A DNA stretch of 64,000 bases. Origin: Octopus sinensis (lineage: Eukaryota). A program made the translations under genes and the position numbers. Below, piece after piece: positions 1-13,429 of this stretch (positions are counted from its first letter, which is position 1; each line of letters opens with the position of its first letter). Under the pieces are notes generated by a model. That model ran no database searches and had not been told where the DNA came from. It saw only the letters and a program-made list of their open reading frames with translations. The stretch lies in the NCBI RefSeq assembly GCF_006345805.1, contig NC_042999.1:155124001-155188000 (forward strand), written 5' to 3'.

Positions 1-248
1 TTCACATTGTTTTAGCCCTCAAATGACGCCACCCCGCTGACTAAGCGAGCAGGCCAACAGAAGAAAGTGTGAGAGAAAGTTGTGGCGAAAGAGTATAGCA
101 GGGATCGCCACCACCTCCTGCCGGAGCCCCGTGGAGCTTTTGGGTGTTTTCGCTCAATAAACACACACAACGCCCGGTCTGGGAATCGAAACTGCGATCC
201 TACGACCGCGAGTCCGCTGCCCTAACCACTGGGCCATTGCGCCTCCAC
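1..248 (-). mobile_element. tRNA-derived SINE, family E head with alternative tail (runs off the window edge)
   Basis: Reverse complement reads GTGGAGGCGCAATGGCCCAGTGGTTAGGG...GTTTCGATTCCC (Pol III A and B boxes). Near-identical head at 51040-51220. Confidence 0.85.
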
Positions 249-295
<47 letters not shown>

Positions 296-378
296 ATGCA
301 TGTATGTATGTATGCAAGTATATATGTATATGTATGTATACATATGTATATATATGTACGTATATATGTATATATGTG

Positions 379-421
<43 letters not shown>

Positions 422-470
422 ACATACATACATGCATATATACATATATATATATATATGTTTATATACA
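249..470. repeat. (TA)n/(TG)n/(TATG)n microsatellite
   Basis: Direct reading. Confidence 0.95.
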
Positions 471-489
471 CAACGGGCTTCCCTTAGTT

Positions 490-672
490 TCAACCACAAC
501 CCTATATTCTTCAACCGCTGGAATATGTTTTGCGTCGTTTGCTTAGATGGTGGTTGTCTGACCTGAAAATGACAGATGCAAAATCTTTGGGTTGACACAA
601 TTAATCGTTGATTATTGTAGATAGAATTTTATAACTAGTATAAACTAGTCTTGTGACTTTTGGGGCCACCAT
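490..672 (-). mobile_element. Tc1/mariner-type DNA transposon fragment (same family as 5528-6309)
   Basis: TIR GTCTTGTGACTTTTGGGGCCACC at 649-670. Minus frame [20 protein letters not shown] matches 5720-5790. Confidence 0.75.
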
Positions 673-1225
<553 letters not shown>

Positions 1226-1227
<2 letters not shown>

Positions 1228-1870
1228 AACGAGAGACCAGGAAACCATGAGGGTCCTCTGGAGGACACTTGTCCTGAGCCACTTTGACTATTGCTCTCAG
1301 CTATGGTCACCATCCAGTGTCAGATTAATCACAGAACTTGAGGCGATCCAACGAAGCTACACGAAGAAGATAGCCTCTGTGCAGCACATAAGCTATTGGG
1401 AAAGACTCAAGAGACTGAGACTCTATTCCTTAGATCGTAGGCGAGAAAGATATGCCATAATATACATCTGGAAGATCATAGAAGGACTTTCCCAAACTTT
1501 GGTATCGAGAGTTACACAAATGCCAGAACTGGGCGCCACTGCATAGTGCCAAGGGCTCCAAATTTGCCATCAAGATGTAGGACAAGATACTGTGATAGCC
1601 TGGGCTTCCGAGGCTATCCTCCCGAATAACCTAAGAGACCTGCATGGGGTGGATGCAGATGTCTTTAAAATGAAACTGGATCTCTTCTTGTCAGGTGTCC
1701 CAGATGAACCAACTTCACGGCAGGAGGTGCAGATGAGGGCAGCTGCATCGAACTCTCTCATGCACCAAATGGCATTTGCTAAAAAGCATTCGTGAAGTAA
1801 AATCATGTAGCAACACCAAATGGCGGTGCCCCAGCATGGTCACAGCTTGAAAGCTGAAACTAAATAAAAA
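1226..1870 (+). mobile_element. CR1/L2-like LINE, 5'-truncated 3' end of ORF2 plus 3' UTR
   Basis: [19 protein letters not shown]...[12 protein letters not shown]...[29 protein letters not shown], then DLFLSGVPDEP. Frameshifted; ends in GGCGGTGCCCCAGCATGG...CTGAAAC and an A-rich tail. Confidence 0.9.
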
Positions 1871-1947
1871 ATTTTTTTTAATGGTTTAATAAAGTATTAT
1901 CTGGTAATTGATATTTGATTTAGATGTATTTCTCCATTTTCTTATCT

Positions 1948-1985
<38 letters not shown>

Positions 1986-2186
1986 CTTAGGGTATCTACG
2001 AGATACCGCCATGCTGAAAAGAGCAGCCAGTATCTGACTCTAAAACCACCTTAAGTGTTCATATCGCACAAAGAGAGAGGCAAAAAGGCAAAATAAAACT
2101 AGTCAAGAATTTCTGACTTTGCATTTAGAAATGCTTTGCTTCATCAGTGGAATATACGCAGAGAGAAATATAAATACTCATATATA

Positions 2187-2260
<74 letters not shown>

Positions 2261-2551
2261 ATACACATACAAATATTCACATATACGAACGCATACATAC
2301 ATATATATGCATGTATACATCATGACCAGTTTAAAATGCCCGCTTCTTAATTCCATGTGCAATATGGTAAAACATCTCCGCAGTAAATACAATGACGAAA
2401 TAAATTTAAATTCATATAAATAAGGATAAGATCGTTAATTTAAATTAAATGCTGGCCACTTGATAAGATCGTTATTTAATTTAAATTAACGATCTTATCC
2501 TTATTGATACATACATACATACATACATACATACATACATACATACATACA

Positions 2552-2620
<69 letters not shown>

Positions 2621-2629
2621 GTATGTATA

Positions 2630-2870
2630 TATTGCTACCAGCTTACAATATGGTGTGTGTGTGTGCGTGTTTGCCTTTGTGTTTGTGCCCCAGCACCGCG
2701 TGTCAACCGGTGTTTGCGTGTTTACGTCCCCGTGAGTTATCAATTCGGCAAAAAGCGACCAATAGAATAAGTTTAAAAATTAAGTACTGGACTCGATTCA
2801 TTCGACGAAAATTCAACGCAGTGCATCAGCATGGCCGCAGTCTAATGACTTAAACAACAAAGACAAAAAA
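2630..2870 (+). mobile_element. SINE family B, 3' half
   Basis: TTTACGTCCCCGT...GGCAAAAAGCGACCAATAGAATAAGT...CAGCATGGCCGCAGTC, shared with the full copies. Confidence 0.8.
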
Positions 2871-3117
2871 AATTTCTTCTCAAAATTATCCTTTCAATGC
2901 ATTTCCTTATATAATGTTCTAGCCATTATCTCTGATAAACAAACATTGCTACGAGGACATATTTCTGCAGCAATTAATGATGTGGGTGACATTCTTAGTA
3001 TTAATTCCACAAAGCCTGCTTCGGTTGTCACGTCCAGCTATTTTATTTGCACCCCTATCCATGTCAACATCAACAGGGTATTTTTCGTATGCCTGTCTGT
3101 ATGTATGTATATGTGTA

Positions 3118-3156
<39 letters not shown>

Positions 3157-3224
3157 ATGTATGTATGTATGTATGTATGTGTGTATGTATGTATGTATGT
3201 ATGTATGTATGTTATGTATTATGT

Positions 3225-3435
3225 AAAGTTAATCCAAACAAGAAAGCACAAAAAAACACAACAACGCGAGGACGTGGAACAAATATAGTATTATTGGACG
3301 CTCGGGGAAGAAGGAAAGAAGGAGGGTTTAACGTTTCGAGCGGAGCTCTTCGTCGGAAACATAGGAGAAGGAAAGATCCAGAGAAGGGAAGACAGAGGAA
3401 AAAAAATCGCCAACGGTACACACGAGGTTACATAT
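3225..3435 (-). mobile_element. PLE terminal-repeat (pLTR) fragment
   Basis: Purine-rich segment between (TATG)n tracts containing a hammerhead motif. Confidence 0.6.
3326..3360 (-). ncRNA. Minimal type-I hammerhead-like motif (U4C variant)
   Basis: GTTT-CCGACGA-A-GAGC-TCC-GCTC-GAAAC-GTT-AAAC. Stems I and II pair; stem III is palindromic ACGT. Confidence 0.65.
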
Positions 3436-4701
3436 GCATGTATGTATGCATGCATGTATGTATATATGCATTTATGTATGTATGTATGTATGTTGTATGT
3501 ATGTATGTATGTAGTATGTATGTATGTATGTATGTATGTGCAGATTTGTATGTTTTATGTATGTATTCTCATGCATATAGTTACATATCTAGACATGCTC
3601 ATAATGATAGACTTCTGGAAAGTTTTACAAATTTTTACAGGGATGGATTGGATCTGTAGTCTTCGAATTAGCTTTCTCCTTTCTGGTTTTGAGAAGCCTA
3701 ATTTCTCAAGATTGGTATTTAGGCAGTGTGTTATATATGTATGCATATATGTATGTATGTATGTATGTATGTATATGTATGTATGTATGTATGTATGCAT
3801 GTATGTATGTATGTATGTATGTATATATGATGTATGTATGTGATGTGGTGTGTATGTGGGTATGCATGTGTGTATGTATGTATGTATGTATGTATGTATG
3901 ATGTATGTATGTATGTATGGATGTAGTATGAGAAGCAGTAAAATCAAATTTATTTACATAACTGTCGATTATATAAGGCCTACGATCGTTTCAATATCCA
4001 CCTTCATTCATTTTACAATTAATAATTGCATTATGAATTTAAAAGTTAGAGATCTCTTCAAGGCTAAAATCGACATATTTCTTTACACATATATATATAT
4101 ATATCTTGCACTTCGCTTGTCTCAAGGCTTCTTGATATTTCTAGTGAAAGTTGTTGTAGTGTTGTGCAAGGCGCACTTAAAACTCAGGAATGGACATTGC
4201 TGACACTTGTCAGCGATAATTATTCTTGTCTAACAAGTAGATAGCCGTGAAGTGTATATTCACTACGTTTGTATATAAATATGTATTCAGGTATGAATGT
4301 CCTTACATAACTGGGTCAGTATATATTGACTAAGTACGTATGTACGAATTAATTTATGAAAATATGTAAATATGTATATGATTGAGTACATAAATACAAA
4401 CCTGATACCAGTTCCAAAATACTTGAGGCATATTCGAAACCGTGTGAAAGCCAGTTACAATATTTTGTCGGAGAGAAAACTTCTCGCTGTTTACAAATAG
4501 GATACTCATTTATTTACAGAGAGACATTTTCTGCATGGCAAAATATAATGAGTGGCCATGTGAGCTAATTCGATGTATTTAAGCCTTTGCGTCTTCCACA
4601 ATGTTTTCTCCAGGACTAAATACAATGAATGACTAACTTAGGCAGGTGAATATGTCTCAAGCATATTTAAGCTGGTAACAATTTTATATATATATATATA
4701 T

Positions 4702-4871
4702 AGGTGCAAGAGTGACTGTGTGGTAAGGAGCTTGCTTCCCAAACACATGGTTCCGGGTTCAGTTCCACTCCGTGGCACCTTTAGTAAGAGTCCTCTCCTA
4801 TAGCTCGGGCCGACCAAAGCCTTGCGAGTGGATTTGGTAGACGGAAACTGAAAGAAGCCCATCGTGTAATA

Positions 4872-4917
<46 letters not shown>

Positions 4918-5259
4918 ACTCCAAGAAAGTTAGGGTTGTGAGTCCAACCCTTTTATTTGCAATATATATATATATATAAAAATTAACGGAATGAGAAAAA
5001 AAAATCCAAGGCTGTGAAAGATTTCCGAACATTATAAAGAGATGCTCTTACAGCTGTTTCCGGGACATTTTGTATATCCCTTCATCAGCGACGGTGCGAG
5101 AAAATGGTTAAGCAATGGTTATTATAGAGAAGGTATGAAATACTGAGTGAAGTGGAGGAATGAAAACAGGTATGAGATACATAAGGATTTTGTATCTGCA
5201 GTTTCATTATTTAAGCAGATGGTATATATACAAGTTCCTATACCTTGCGTGTGAGTCCA

Positions 5260-5347
<88 letters not shown>

Positions 5348-5515
5348 GTGTCTGTCTTTGAAAATCGATCTAGGTGTACTTTAGCGGTTCGGCAAAAAGA
5401 AACCGATAGAATAAGTACTAGGCTTACAAAGAATAAGTCATGGGGTCGTTTTGTTCGACTAAAGGCGGTGCTCCAGCATAGCCGCAATCAAATGACTGAA
5501 ACAAGTAAAAGAAAA
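4702..5515 (+). mobile_element. SINE family B, split at its central microsatellite by an insert at about 4910-5270
   Basis: 5' half 4702-4868 (head plus GCCGACCAAAGCCTTG...GGTAGACGGAAACTGAAAGAAGCCC). 3' half 5342-5515. Confidence 0.85.
5044..5092 (-). ncRNA. Type-I hammerhead motif in a PLE pLTR fragment (stem I decayed)
   Basis: CTGATGA-A-GGGAT...GTCCC-G-GAAAC-AGCT-GTA-AGAG. Confidence 0.6.
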
Positions 5516-5527
5516 ATTATGTACATA

Positions 5528-6309
5528 TAAGGATGCCCAAAAGTCACGAGACCATTATGTACAATATTAACTTTTTTACAATTAATTTTTCATTTGTTTT
5601 CCTTTCAGATCATTGACATGTAATTCTTGGAAAATTATCAGAGAAATCCACGAAATTGCAATGAGTAATAATAATTCAATCTACAAAAAATCAACGATCA
5701 GTTGTACTAACCAAAGAGCTTACATTCGTCATTTTCAGATCAGACAACCACCATCTAAGCAAACGACACAACATAATCCAGCGGTTTGAAGGATGAGAGG
5801 CTGTGATTGATTTACTACGAGTGGGAAGGTCACATTCAGGGAGTTCTCATGGTAATAGCCAGTGTGTACAGTGGAGTATTGAAGGAGAGCCACCAGCATC
5901 TGTCCGAAAGCTCACGACAGAGAACTTAAAGGATGATGGATTTATTTCCATATAAAATTCAGCTAGTGCAGGAACTGAAGCCAACAGATTATTGGATAGA
6001 ATTAGTGTCTGCTGTCCAGACACTTGACTTTTTCTTGTTGGAATATCTGAAAGACAGAGTATACCATAACAAACTTGGGTCCATCCAGCAGTTGAAGACG
6101 AAGAAATTGATGGAGTAAGTCAAGAAACGTTAGGAATGGTGATGGGACCCTAGAAAAAGTTCAACATTCTCAAGAACGAAAGGATGGCCATTTGAAAGGA
6201 CATCATTTTCAAAACTAATTCAAAATGTTTTCAAAAGAGTGCATTTATTGTTTATAAAAGAATAAAGGTGAATATTATGAAATTGTCTTGTGACTTTTGG
6301 GCTACCCTG
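5528..6309 (+). mobile_element. Internally deleted Tc1/mariner (IS630-Tc1-mariner) transposon
   Basis: About 25-bp TIRs (GCCCAAAAGTCACGAGAC / GTCTTGTGACTTTTGGGC). Transposase remnants PYKIQLVQELKP and LDFFLLEYLKDRVYHNK. Confidence 0.85.
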
Positions 6310-6355
6310 TGTATGTATATATATATATCCACATATACATATACATACATATTAT

Positions 6356-6405
<50 letters not shown>

Positions 6406-6625
6406 AATATAAACAAAAAAGGGTAATAATATAGATTACTACCAGTGGCTCAGCACAAAAGACGAATTAGTCATTAGACAAAATATTATTCATGTATAAA
6501 TATAATTAAGGGCTCCTAAATAAGGATGCCAAGTGCTGGGAACACAAAAAGGAGATAAATTTATCGAGAGTGAAAATCAAAAACATTTACCGATAACTTT
6601 ACATCTCTTTACATAACTTTACATA

Positions 6626-6708
<83 letters not shown>

Positions 6709-7062
6709 GTGTGTAGATGTATATATGTGTGTGTGTGTGCGTGTATGTTAAGTGTGTACTCCTATAGATGAATGCATTCATATGTCCACCCAATTAATGT
6801 GTCGATGTATGTGCAAGTATTAGTATTTATAGAGCTGTTACATTTACATGCTCTTTACGACCGAAGTCAACGCTTGCAACAATTTATTAATTTATTTCTT
6901 ATTTATCGATCGCTCGTCTCATTGTATTTATAAAGAGGTTCCACAAAATCTGTGTCGTCAGTCAATACGTTTGGGTTGTCTGACATGATTAAACGACCAA
7001 TTGAAACTTAAAAAGAAAGCAATAAGAATCACAGCTACAACTACAAAAAAATAAAACAACAA

Positions 7063-7098
<36 letters not shown>

Positions 7099-7454
7099 TA
7101 TTTCAAACAAAATAAAATAAAAAGACAGAAGGGGAATAGTATCTACTGAAAATCACCTTCTCCACCACACCCAACAGCAAATTAATTGATGATATAACTG
7201 AATGTGTAAACCCAACGCCACTCACAGCTAGTCAAGCCCCCAAACCAGGTAACATCTTTCAAACTTGTACTTTAATATCTTTTTTCTTTATTTCATGTTC
7301 CCAAATTTTTTGGGGCATTTTACATTTTACACAGACCACAACATATTTAGACACCATCTAAACTTCTAGTTTATGCATTATATCTATATTTTTTTAATTC
7401 GCATTCATATCGCTTGCTTAGCCTTCATATCATAGCACTATCATTGTATATTTA

Positions 7455-8445
7455 AGGTGCTGAGCTGGCAGGAACATTGGCACGCCGGGCGAAATGCTTA
7501 GCAGTATTTCGTCTGCCGCTACGTTCTGAGTTCAAATTCCGTCGAGGCCGACTTTGCCTTTCATCCTTTCGGGGTCGATTAAATAAGTACCAGTTACGCA
7601 CTGGCGTCGCTATAATCAACTTAATCCGTTTGTCTGTCCTTGTTTGTCCCCTCTGTATTTAGCCCCTTATGGGTAGTAAAGAAATAGGTATTTCGTCTGC
7701 CGTTACGTTCTGGGTTCAAATTCCGCCGAGGTCGACTTTGCCTTTTATCCTTTCGGGATCGATTAAATAAGTACCAGTTACGCACTGGCGTCGCTATAAT
7801 CAACTTAATCCGTTTGTCTGTCCTTGTTTGTCCCCTCTGTATTTAGCCCCTTGTGGGTAGCAAAGAAATAGGTATTTCGTCTGCCGTTACGTTCTGAGTT
7901 CAAATTCCGCCGAAGTCGACTTTGCCTTTCATCCTTTCGGGAACGATATATTAAGTACCAGTTACGCAGTTGGGTCGATGTAATCGACTTAATCCCTTTG
8001 TCTGTCCTTGTTTGTCACTCTATGTTTAGCCCCTTGTGGGTAGTAAAGAAACAGGTATTTCGTCTGTCTTTACGTTCTGAGTTCAAATTCCGCCGAGGTC
8101 GACTTCGCCTTCCATCCTTTCAGGGTCGATAAATTAAGTACCAGCTGGGTTCTGGAGCCACTCTAATCGACTGGCCCCATTCCCCCAAATTTTCGAGTCT
8201 TGTGCCTAGAGTAGAAAAGAATATTTAAGGTGATGAACTGGTAGAAAAGTTAGCACGCCGGGCGAAATGCTTAGCAGTACTTCCTCTGTCTTTACGTTCT
8301 GAGTTCAAATTCCGCTGAGGTCGAGTTTGCTTTTAATCCTTTCGGGGTCGATAAATTAAGTACCAGCTTCGTACTGAAGTCGATCTAATCGACTGGCCCC
8401 CTCCCCCAAAATTTCGGGCTTTGTGCCTAGAGGAGAAACGAATAT
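7455..8445 (+). mobile_element. SINE family A array: head, four internal units of about 184 bp, then another headed copy
   Basis: GTATTTCGTCTG starts at 7504, 7688, 7872 and 8055. Each unit has a B box (GAGTTCAAATTCC) and a CORE-like GTCGACTTTGCCTTTCATCCTTTCGGGGTCGAT. Confidence 0.9.
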
Positions 8446-8508
8446 AACATACAATATATACAATATATTACTGTAATGATAAAATGTGGAATATATAACC
8501 ATGAAGAT

Positions 8509-8785
8509 CAGTGTTTCTCAAACCCCTTTTTTTTGCCTATGGACCCCATTGGTTCCTCTTTTACTCGATGGCGTGGGGACCGTCATGGCCATTCGACGCC
8601 TATAAACTCCCATCACATTTTTATGAGTAAATGATATCAGGATCTGTAAAAAGTTTTAAATATTTTGTGTATTACAGAAATGTAAGCCATTTGTTGCGTA
8701 TAGATTTCAACAACAAAACCTCATATGACCCCTAAGGGCCACATGGGTCTCCAAGGGCCATATGGACCCCAGTTGAGAATCACTG
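8509..8785. mobile_element. hAT-type MITE
   Basis: TIRs CAGTGTTTCTCAA / TTGAGAATCACTG. Related to 63547-63762. TSD not preserved. Confidence 0.7.
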
Positions 8786-8899
8786 GTCCAGACGATGAAA
8801 AAATAAAGTTATAATTATCGAAATAACAAACTATTAAATACATCAAACATTACAGTAATGACAAAATATATATTGTATAAGTTGTGCTGGGAATAGTAT

Positions 8900-9075
8900 T
8901 TGTGGATCTCCGTCGCTCGACGATGAGGATTCAGTTGCTCGATCAACAGAATTATTTGCCCCTGAATTAATGGGTAAGCATCTGATCTTGACAGACACGC
9001 GTACAGTTAAAAACTGGCACTCTATCGGTTACGACGGCGAGGGTTCCAGTTGAGTTACTCCACAGGCACACCCGC
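8900..9075 (-). mobile_element. Two decayed SINE C/E 3' tails
   Basis: Matches GCACTCCGTCGGTTACGACGACGAGGGTTCCAGTTG. Confidence 0.6.
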
Positions 9076-9249
9076 TATTAATGTTTTGAAGTGGAACATT
9101 TTGAAGCTTTAATCAGAGCATATTACTGTGAATATGTGTGTGTATGGGTTTATGTATGCGTATTGTGTGTGTGCATGTGTGTGTATGTGTATGTGTGTAT
9201 GCATATGTGTATGAGTCTGCGTCCGAGTGTATGTGTGTGTGTATGTGTT

Positions 9250-9605
9250 TGGGCAAGTGTCTTCTATTACAGCCTTGGATTTGGTAAAAGGAAAATGAAA
9301 GAAGCCCGTCGTTTGTGTGTGTGTGTGTGTGTGTTTGCCCCACCCCACTCCAACATCGCTTCACAACATCGCTTAAGGTGGCGAGCTGGTAGAAAGGTTA
9401 GCACGCCGGGCGAAATGCTTAGCGGTACTTCGTCTGTCTTGATGTGTTTACGGCCCTATAACTTAGCGGTCCGGCAAAAGAAACCGATATAATAAGTACT
9501 AGGCTTACAAAGCATAAGTCCTGGGGTCGATTTGTTCGACTTAAGATGGTGCTCCAGCATGGCCGCAGTCAAATGACTGCAACAAGTAAAAGAATAAAAA
9601 AGTAA
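9250..9605 (+). mobile_element. SINE family B with a nested SINE-A head (about 9375-9440)
   Basis: The family B body and tail are interrupted by GGTGGCGAGCTGGTAGAAAGGTTAGCACGCCGGGCGAAATG. Confidence 0.75.
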
Positions 9606-9606
9606 C

Positions 9607-9865
9607 ATACATACACATTCACACACATAAATACAAAGAGACATACAAGCACACGCTTACATACATACATACATACATACAAACATAAATACATACATAC
9701 ATACATACATACATACATACATTACATACATTCATACATTCATACATACATACATACATACATACATACATTCATACATACATACATACATACATACATA
9801 CATACATACATACATACATACATACATACATACATACATACATACATACATACATACATACATAC
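9607..9865. repeat. (TACA)n microsatellite
   Basis: Direct reading. Confidence 0.95.
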
Positions 9866-10617
9866 ACGACTGACCTCTTAACCGTTTTTGTTTACCGAAT
9901 TCACTCACTTTTCCAAGGAGCCATACAGGAATCGAAAACCACGTGATTGCAAACCGGACATTCACACGCTGGCAGCTATGCCTGCGCCCAGTATCGACGG
10001 ATCTCGTCTAATATTTCCTCACTGACTTAATGTACAAAGACCAATGACAGCTTATGCTTATCATGTCCTACCATGTCGTTACTTCGACGTTAATGGGAAA
10101 GCAATTGTCGTTCATGTATCTTTCTGTCATCAGAAGAAATTGTCAAAGATACGATAAAAATAAAACTAATTCTTTAATAATCACAAAAACTAATCACATA
10201 TTTCAGGCGAATGAAACCCTGTTTAATAACCCGCTGAGAATTTTGACAAACTCATTCTGAATCAGGAGGTTATGGCAGCCATCACTCATATATGCCGGGA
10301 CCGCCACTACTAACACTCTCATGCGTTCTATAATAGCAGCAGCAGCAGTAGTAGCAGTAGTAGTGGCGGCGGTGGTGGTGGAACATGGTCGGCGACTACT
10401 GTGCAAAAACCGGCTGTGTGTTTGTGTGTATACATACATATAATAAATTGAAAAGATAGAGTCAGCTATTTAATAAACACTGTACATGTTCGATAAGGGA
10501 ATACACCTTCAGCCGAAATTGCGAAGATGATCCGGTTCTTGACTGAAGATTGAAGGCCGTGTTTTTTGTATCGTCTTCTAAATGTTTTGCGTTCCTGTCC
10601 CAGTTTGTTTTTTTTAC

Positions 10618-10684
<67 letters not shown>

Positions 10685-10788
10685 CTTTGCCGTTCCTGTC
10701 TGTCCCTCTCTCTCCCTCACTTTTCCGCCTTTGCTCTCTCGTTCCTCGCACGTAACCATCGGCCATCTTTTTTCTCCTAACTTGAATT

Positions 10789-10831
<43 letters not shown>

Positions 10832-11218
10832 GATCAGCCACAGGGATAAGACGCATTCTTGTCTATCTCCTGCCAGAGATTGTTCCACCGCGTTCACCAA
10901 CTCAACTCGTTCAAGCTTAGCAGCCCTTCCTGTTTGTTTCCACCGTCCTATTTTTGTTACCAACTTTGACCCTCCGCAAAATCCCAAATTTCATTTAATT
11001 TGCTTTGCAGGAACAACTGTTTTGTCGAAAACGTATCTTATGAATTGCTCGAAATACGAAGTAGAAACACAACCGGCAACTGATGAAGGGTCGTTTTTTA
11101 TGCTGCTTGTCTTGTTTGTTTCTTTCGTTATTCGCAAAAATTTTCGTATTCCATGTTTTCGTAATTCATGTTTACGCTTTGTTGTATTCTATGCCCATAT
11201 ATGCATCTGTATATACAG

Positions 11219-11251
<33 letters not shown>

Positions 11252-11454
11252 TGTATGTATGTGTATGTATGTATGTATGTATGTATGTATGTATGTGTGT
11301 GTATGTATGTATGTATGTATGCAGTGAGAATTTACAAAAAATATATGGTTCCATATATATATATAATTATATATATATATATATATGTGGTTCCATACAT
11401 ACATGATTCCATATTTATGTGGTTCAAATTTGCAGAAAACAAAAGACGAAGATA

Positions 11455-12290
11455 AGTGTAGGGGGAAAAAGCAGCTGTATTAGTTTAAAGCTGGGGAAAA
11501 TTGGAAATGACTTTTACGTTTCGAGCCTACGCTCTTCCACAGAAAGGAGCACAGAAAGAAACAAGGAGAGAAAATAAGAAGAGAAAATAAAGAGAGAATA
11601 ACAATTTCTTCGTTTGCTAGTGTCTCAAATTTAGGTTAGATCAGTGTTTCTTAAAGGGAAGGCCTATGGGACGGTCAGACAAGTCGTTTTGAGAAAATTT
11701 GGTTTAAATGTCTGGCAACTCAGCACCGTTCATTGGACGGGGGAGCGTTTTGCTCGTACATATGATATTGAAGAAGGATAGCTTCTTGCAGTGAGAGCGG
11801 AATTGATTGCGAGGTGTATTAATTTAACGGTTAGGTAAATGGATAATTGATTAAATAACTAAACACGTAGTAGTCAGCGTGTTTCAATAATTCAATAAAT
11901 TAAACGTGATGGAATGGTTATTTATGGAATCAACATGTGATAAGGTAAAGACATACGACAGAGATATGATATATAAATGCACGTTGAAGATGGAAGTGGA
12001 TAATAACTGCTCTGGAAAGTGACGCTAAGGTATAAAGTGTTGTGTGATATAGAATATGACATGGTACAGGGTTGAGGCGGAAGTGTTATATAATTAATTT
12101 TTCCCCCTCCAGCAGCCCCAAGGATTAAATAATGTATTCATAGTGTAAGGACAGGCACAAAGAACAAGAAGTGGCGAAATATAGAAGACCTAAAGTCTTG
12201 ATGTTGAATGCCTGTGTATTTGAAATAGGAGTTCCCGAGAATTCGAGTTGGTTACAGCAGCTGGTTGAATTTGGGATTAGTGAAATTTAA
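11455..12290 (-). mobile_element. Highly decayed Penelope-like element
   Basis: Hammerhead-like pLTR at the 3' end (11511-11547). Weak RT-like remnants (NSYFKY; LTARSYP) on the minus strand. Confidence 0.45.
11511..11547 (-). ncRNA. Hammerhead-like motif, A6U family
   Basis: CCTTT-CTGTGGA-A-GAGC-GTAG-GCTC-GAAAC-GTA-AAAG. Confidence 0.55.
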
Positions 12291-12344
12291 ATGTTATGTG
12301 TGGTTAAGATGCTCACTTTGCAGCCATGTGCCTTTAGTAGAAAG

Positions 12345-12345
12345 G

Positions 12346-12428
<83 letters not shown>
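12345..12428. repeat. (TTA)n microsatellite
   Basis: Direct reading. Confidence 0.95.
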
Positions 12429-12896
12429 GAGTGAGAGAGCAGTTCATGCCATCAAAGTGACACTGGGGTAAAATATACGAAGCCCAATATACCCATCATG
12501 ACTACCCGTCTGATAAAGGTACACCAGGCACATGCATCACAACCATATGGGCGCGACATGGTGATCTCATATCAAGATAAACAGCACATGACCTTGCAGG
12601 TGGGTCCCAGTTAGAATTTTCTTCAGGTTGAGTAGCCCATCCCACTCAAAGGTCCCTGAATAGGGTTGTTTAAGGATGTTGAAAGAACCACCCATGTTTC
12701 CAGAGGTGAATTATTCAAACCCCAAAGAATCCCTCTCAACACATGGCTATGATGCTCCCCCACTACTTCTGCTCGTGATCAGAGATGCACATATCGTCAG
12801 TCACTAAGGGACATGCTCAACTGGTTAAAGTCAAACAACTGACAAGCAAATCTGTGGTATTGAGCAGAATATTTGCTGTAGCCCATCTTTTATACC

Positions 12897-12899
<3 letters not shown>
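12429..12899 (-). mobile_element. About 470-bp non-coding element embedded in (TAA)n; probable non-autonomous retroposon
   Basis: Flanked on both sides by pure (TTA)n. The minus strand ends TGCTCTCTCACTC(AAT)n. No ORF. Confidence 0.55.

Positions 12900-12960
<61 letters not shown>
12900..12960. repeat. (TTA)n microsatellite
   Basis: Direct reading. Confidence 0.95.
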
Positions 12961-12966
<6 letters not shown>

Positions 12967-13040
12967 TTGTTTGTTCTTAATCTGCTTGTTTGTTACAATC
13001 ACGTGCCGAGACACACCCAGCATCTTGGGGCGAGTGACTT
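12961..13040 (-). mobile_element. Dong/R4-like element, 3' UTR fragment
   Basis: AATCTGCTT...GTTACAATCAC...GAGACACACCCAGCATC.TGGGGCGAGTGA matches 13960-14020 and abuts (TAA)n. Confidence 0.7.
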
Positions 13041-13105
13041 CTTTTCTAACCTTGCGCCAATCAACGCTTTGTGAATTTGGTAGACGGAAACTATGTGGAA
13101 GTCAG

Positions 13106-13153
<48 letters not shown>

Positions 13154-13350
13154 ATTATATATATATATGTATGTATGTGTACATGCACGCGCGCGCGCGC
13201 CAGCACACACATATGTGTGTGCTGTTGCAGTGAGTCCAGCAGTACACCACCAAACACCTCGGTGGCATTTGAACTCAAAGCGAAAAGAGGCGGAAGAAAT
13301 CCTGCTAAGCAATGTGTCCATTGCACTAACGATTTTGCCATGTCGCCTCG

Positions 13351-13385
<35 letters not shown>

Positions 13386-13429
13386 TTATTATTATTATTA
13401 TTATTATCATTATTATTATTATTATTATT

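Noticed and set aside
170-248. tRNA genes here and at 28306, 29418, 30500, 51140 and 60410
   Set aside because: The A and B boxes are followed by SINE bodies; no closing acceptor stem or Pol III terminator is in the right place.
3600-3725. Coding-like minus-strand segment NLEKLGFSKPERRKLIRRLQIQSIPVKICKTFQK
   Set aside because: Possibly the C-terminus of a non-LTR element, but too short to assign; no splice context for a host exon.
6915-6970. CTGACGA-CAC...GTG-GAAC hammerhead-like motif (minus strand)
   Set aside because: The GAAA motif is incomplete, with no GUH site and no stem I.
11079-11100. CTGATGAAGGG and other isolated CTGANGA hits (41686, 53440)
   Set aside because: No matching stem II, GAAAC or GUH downstream.
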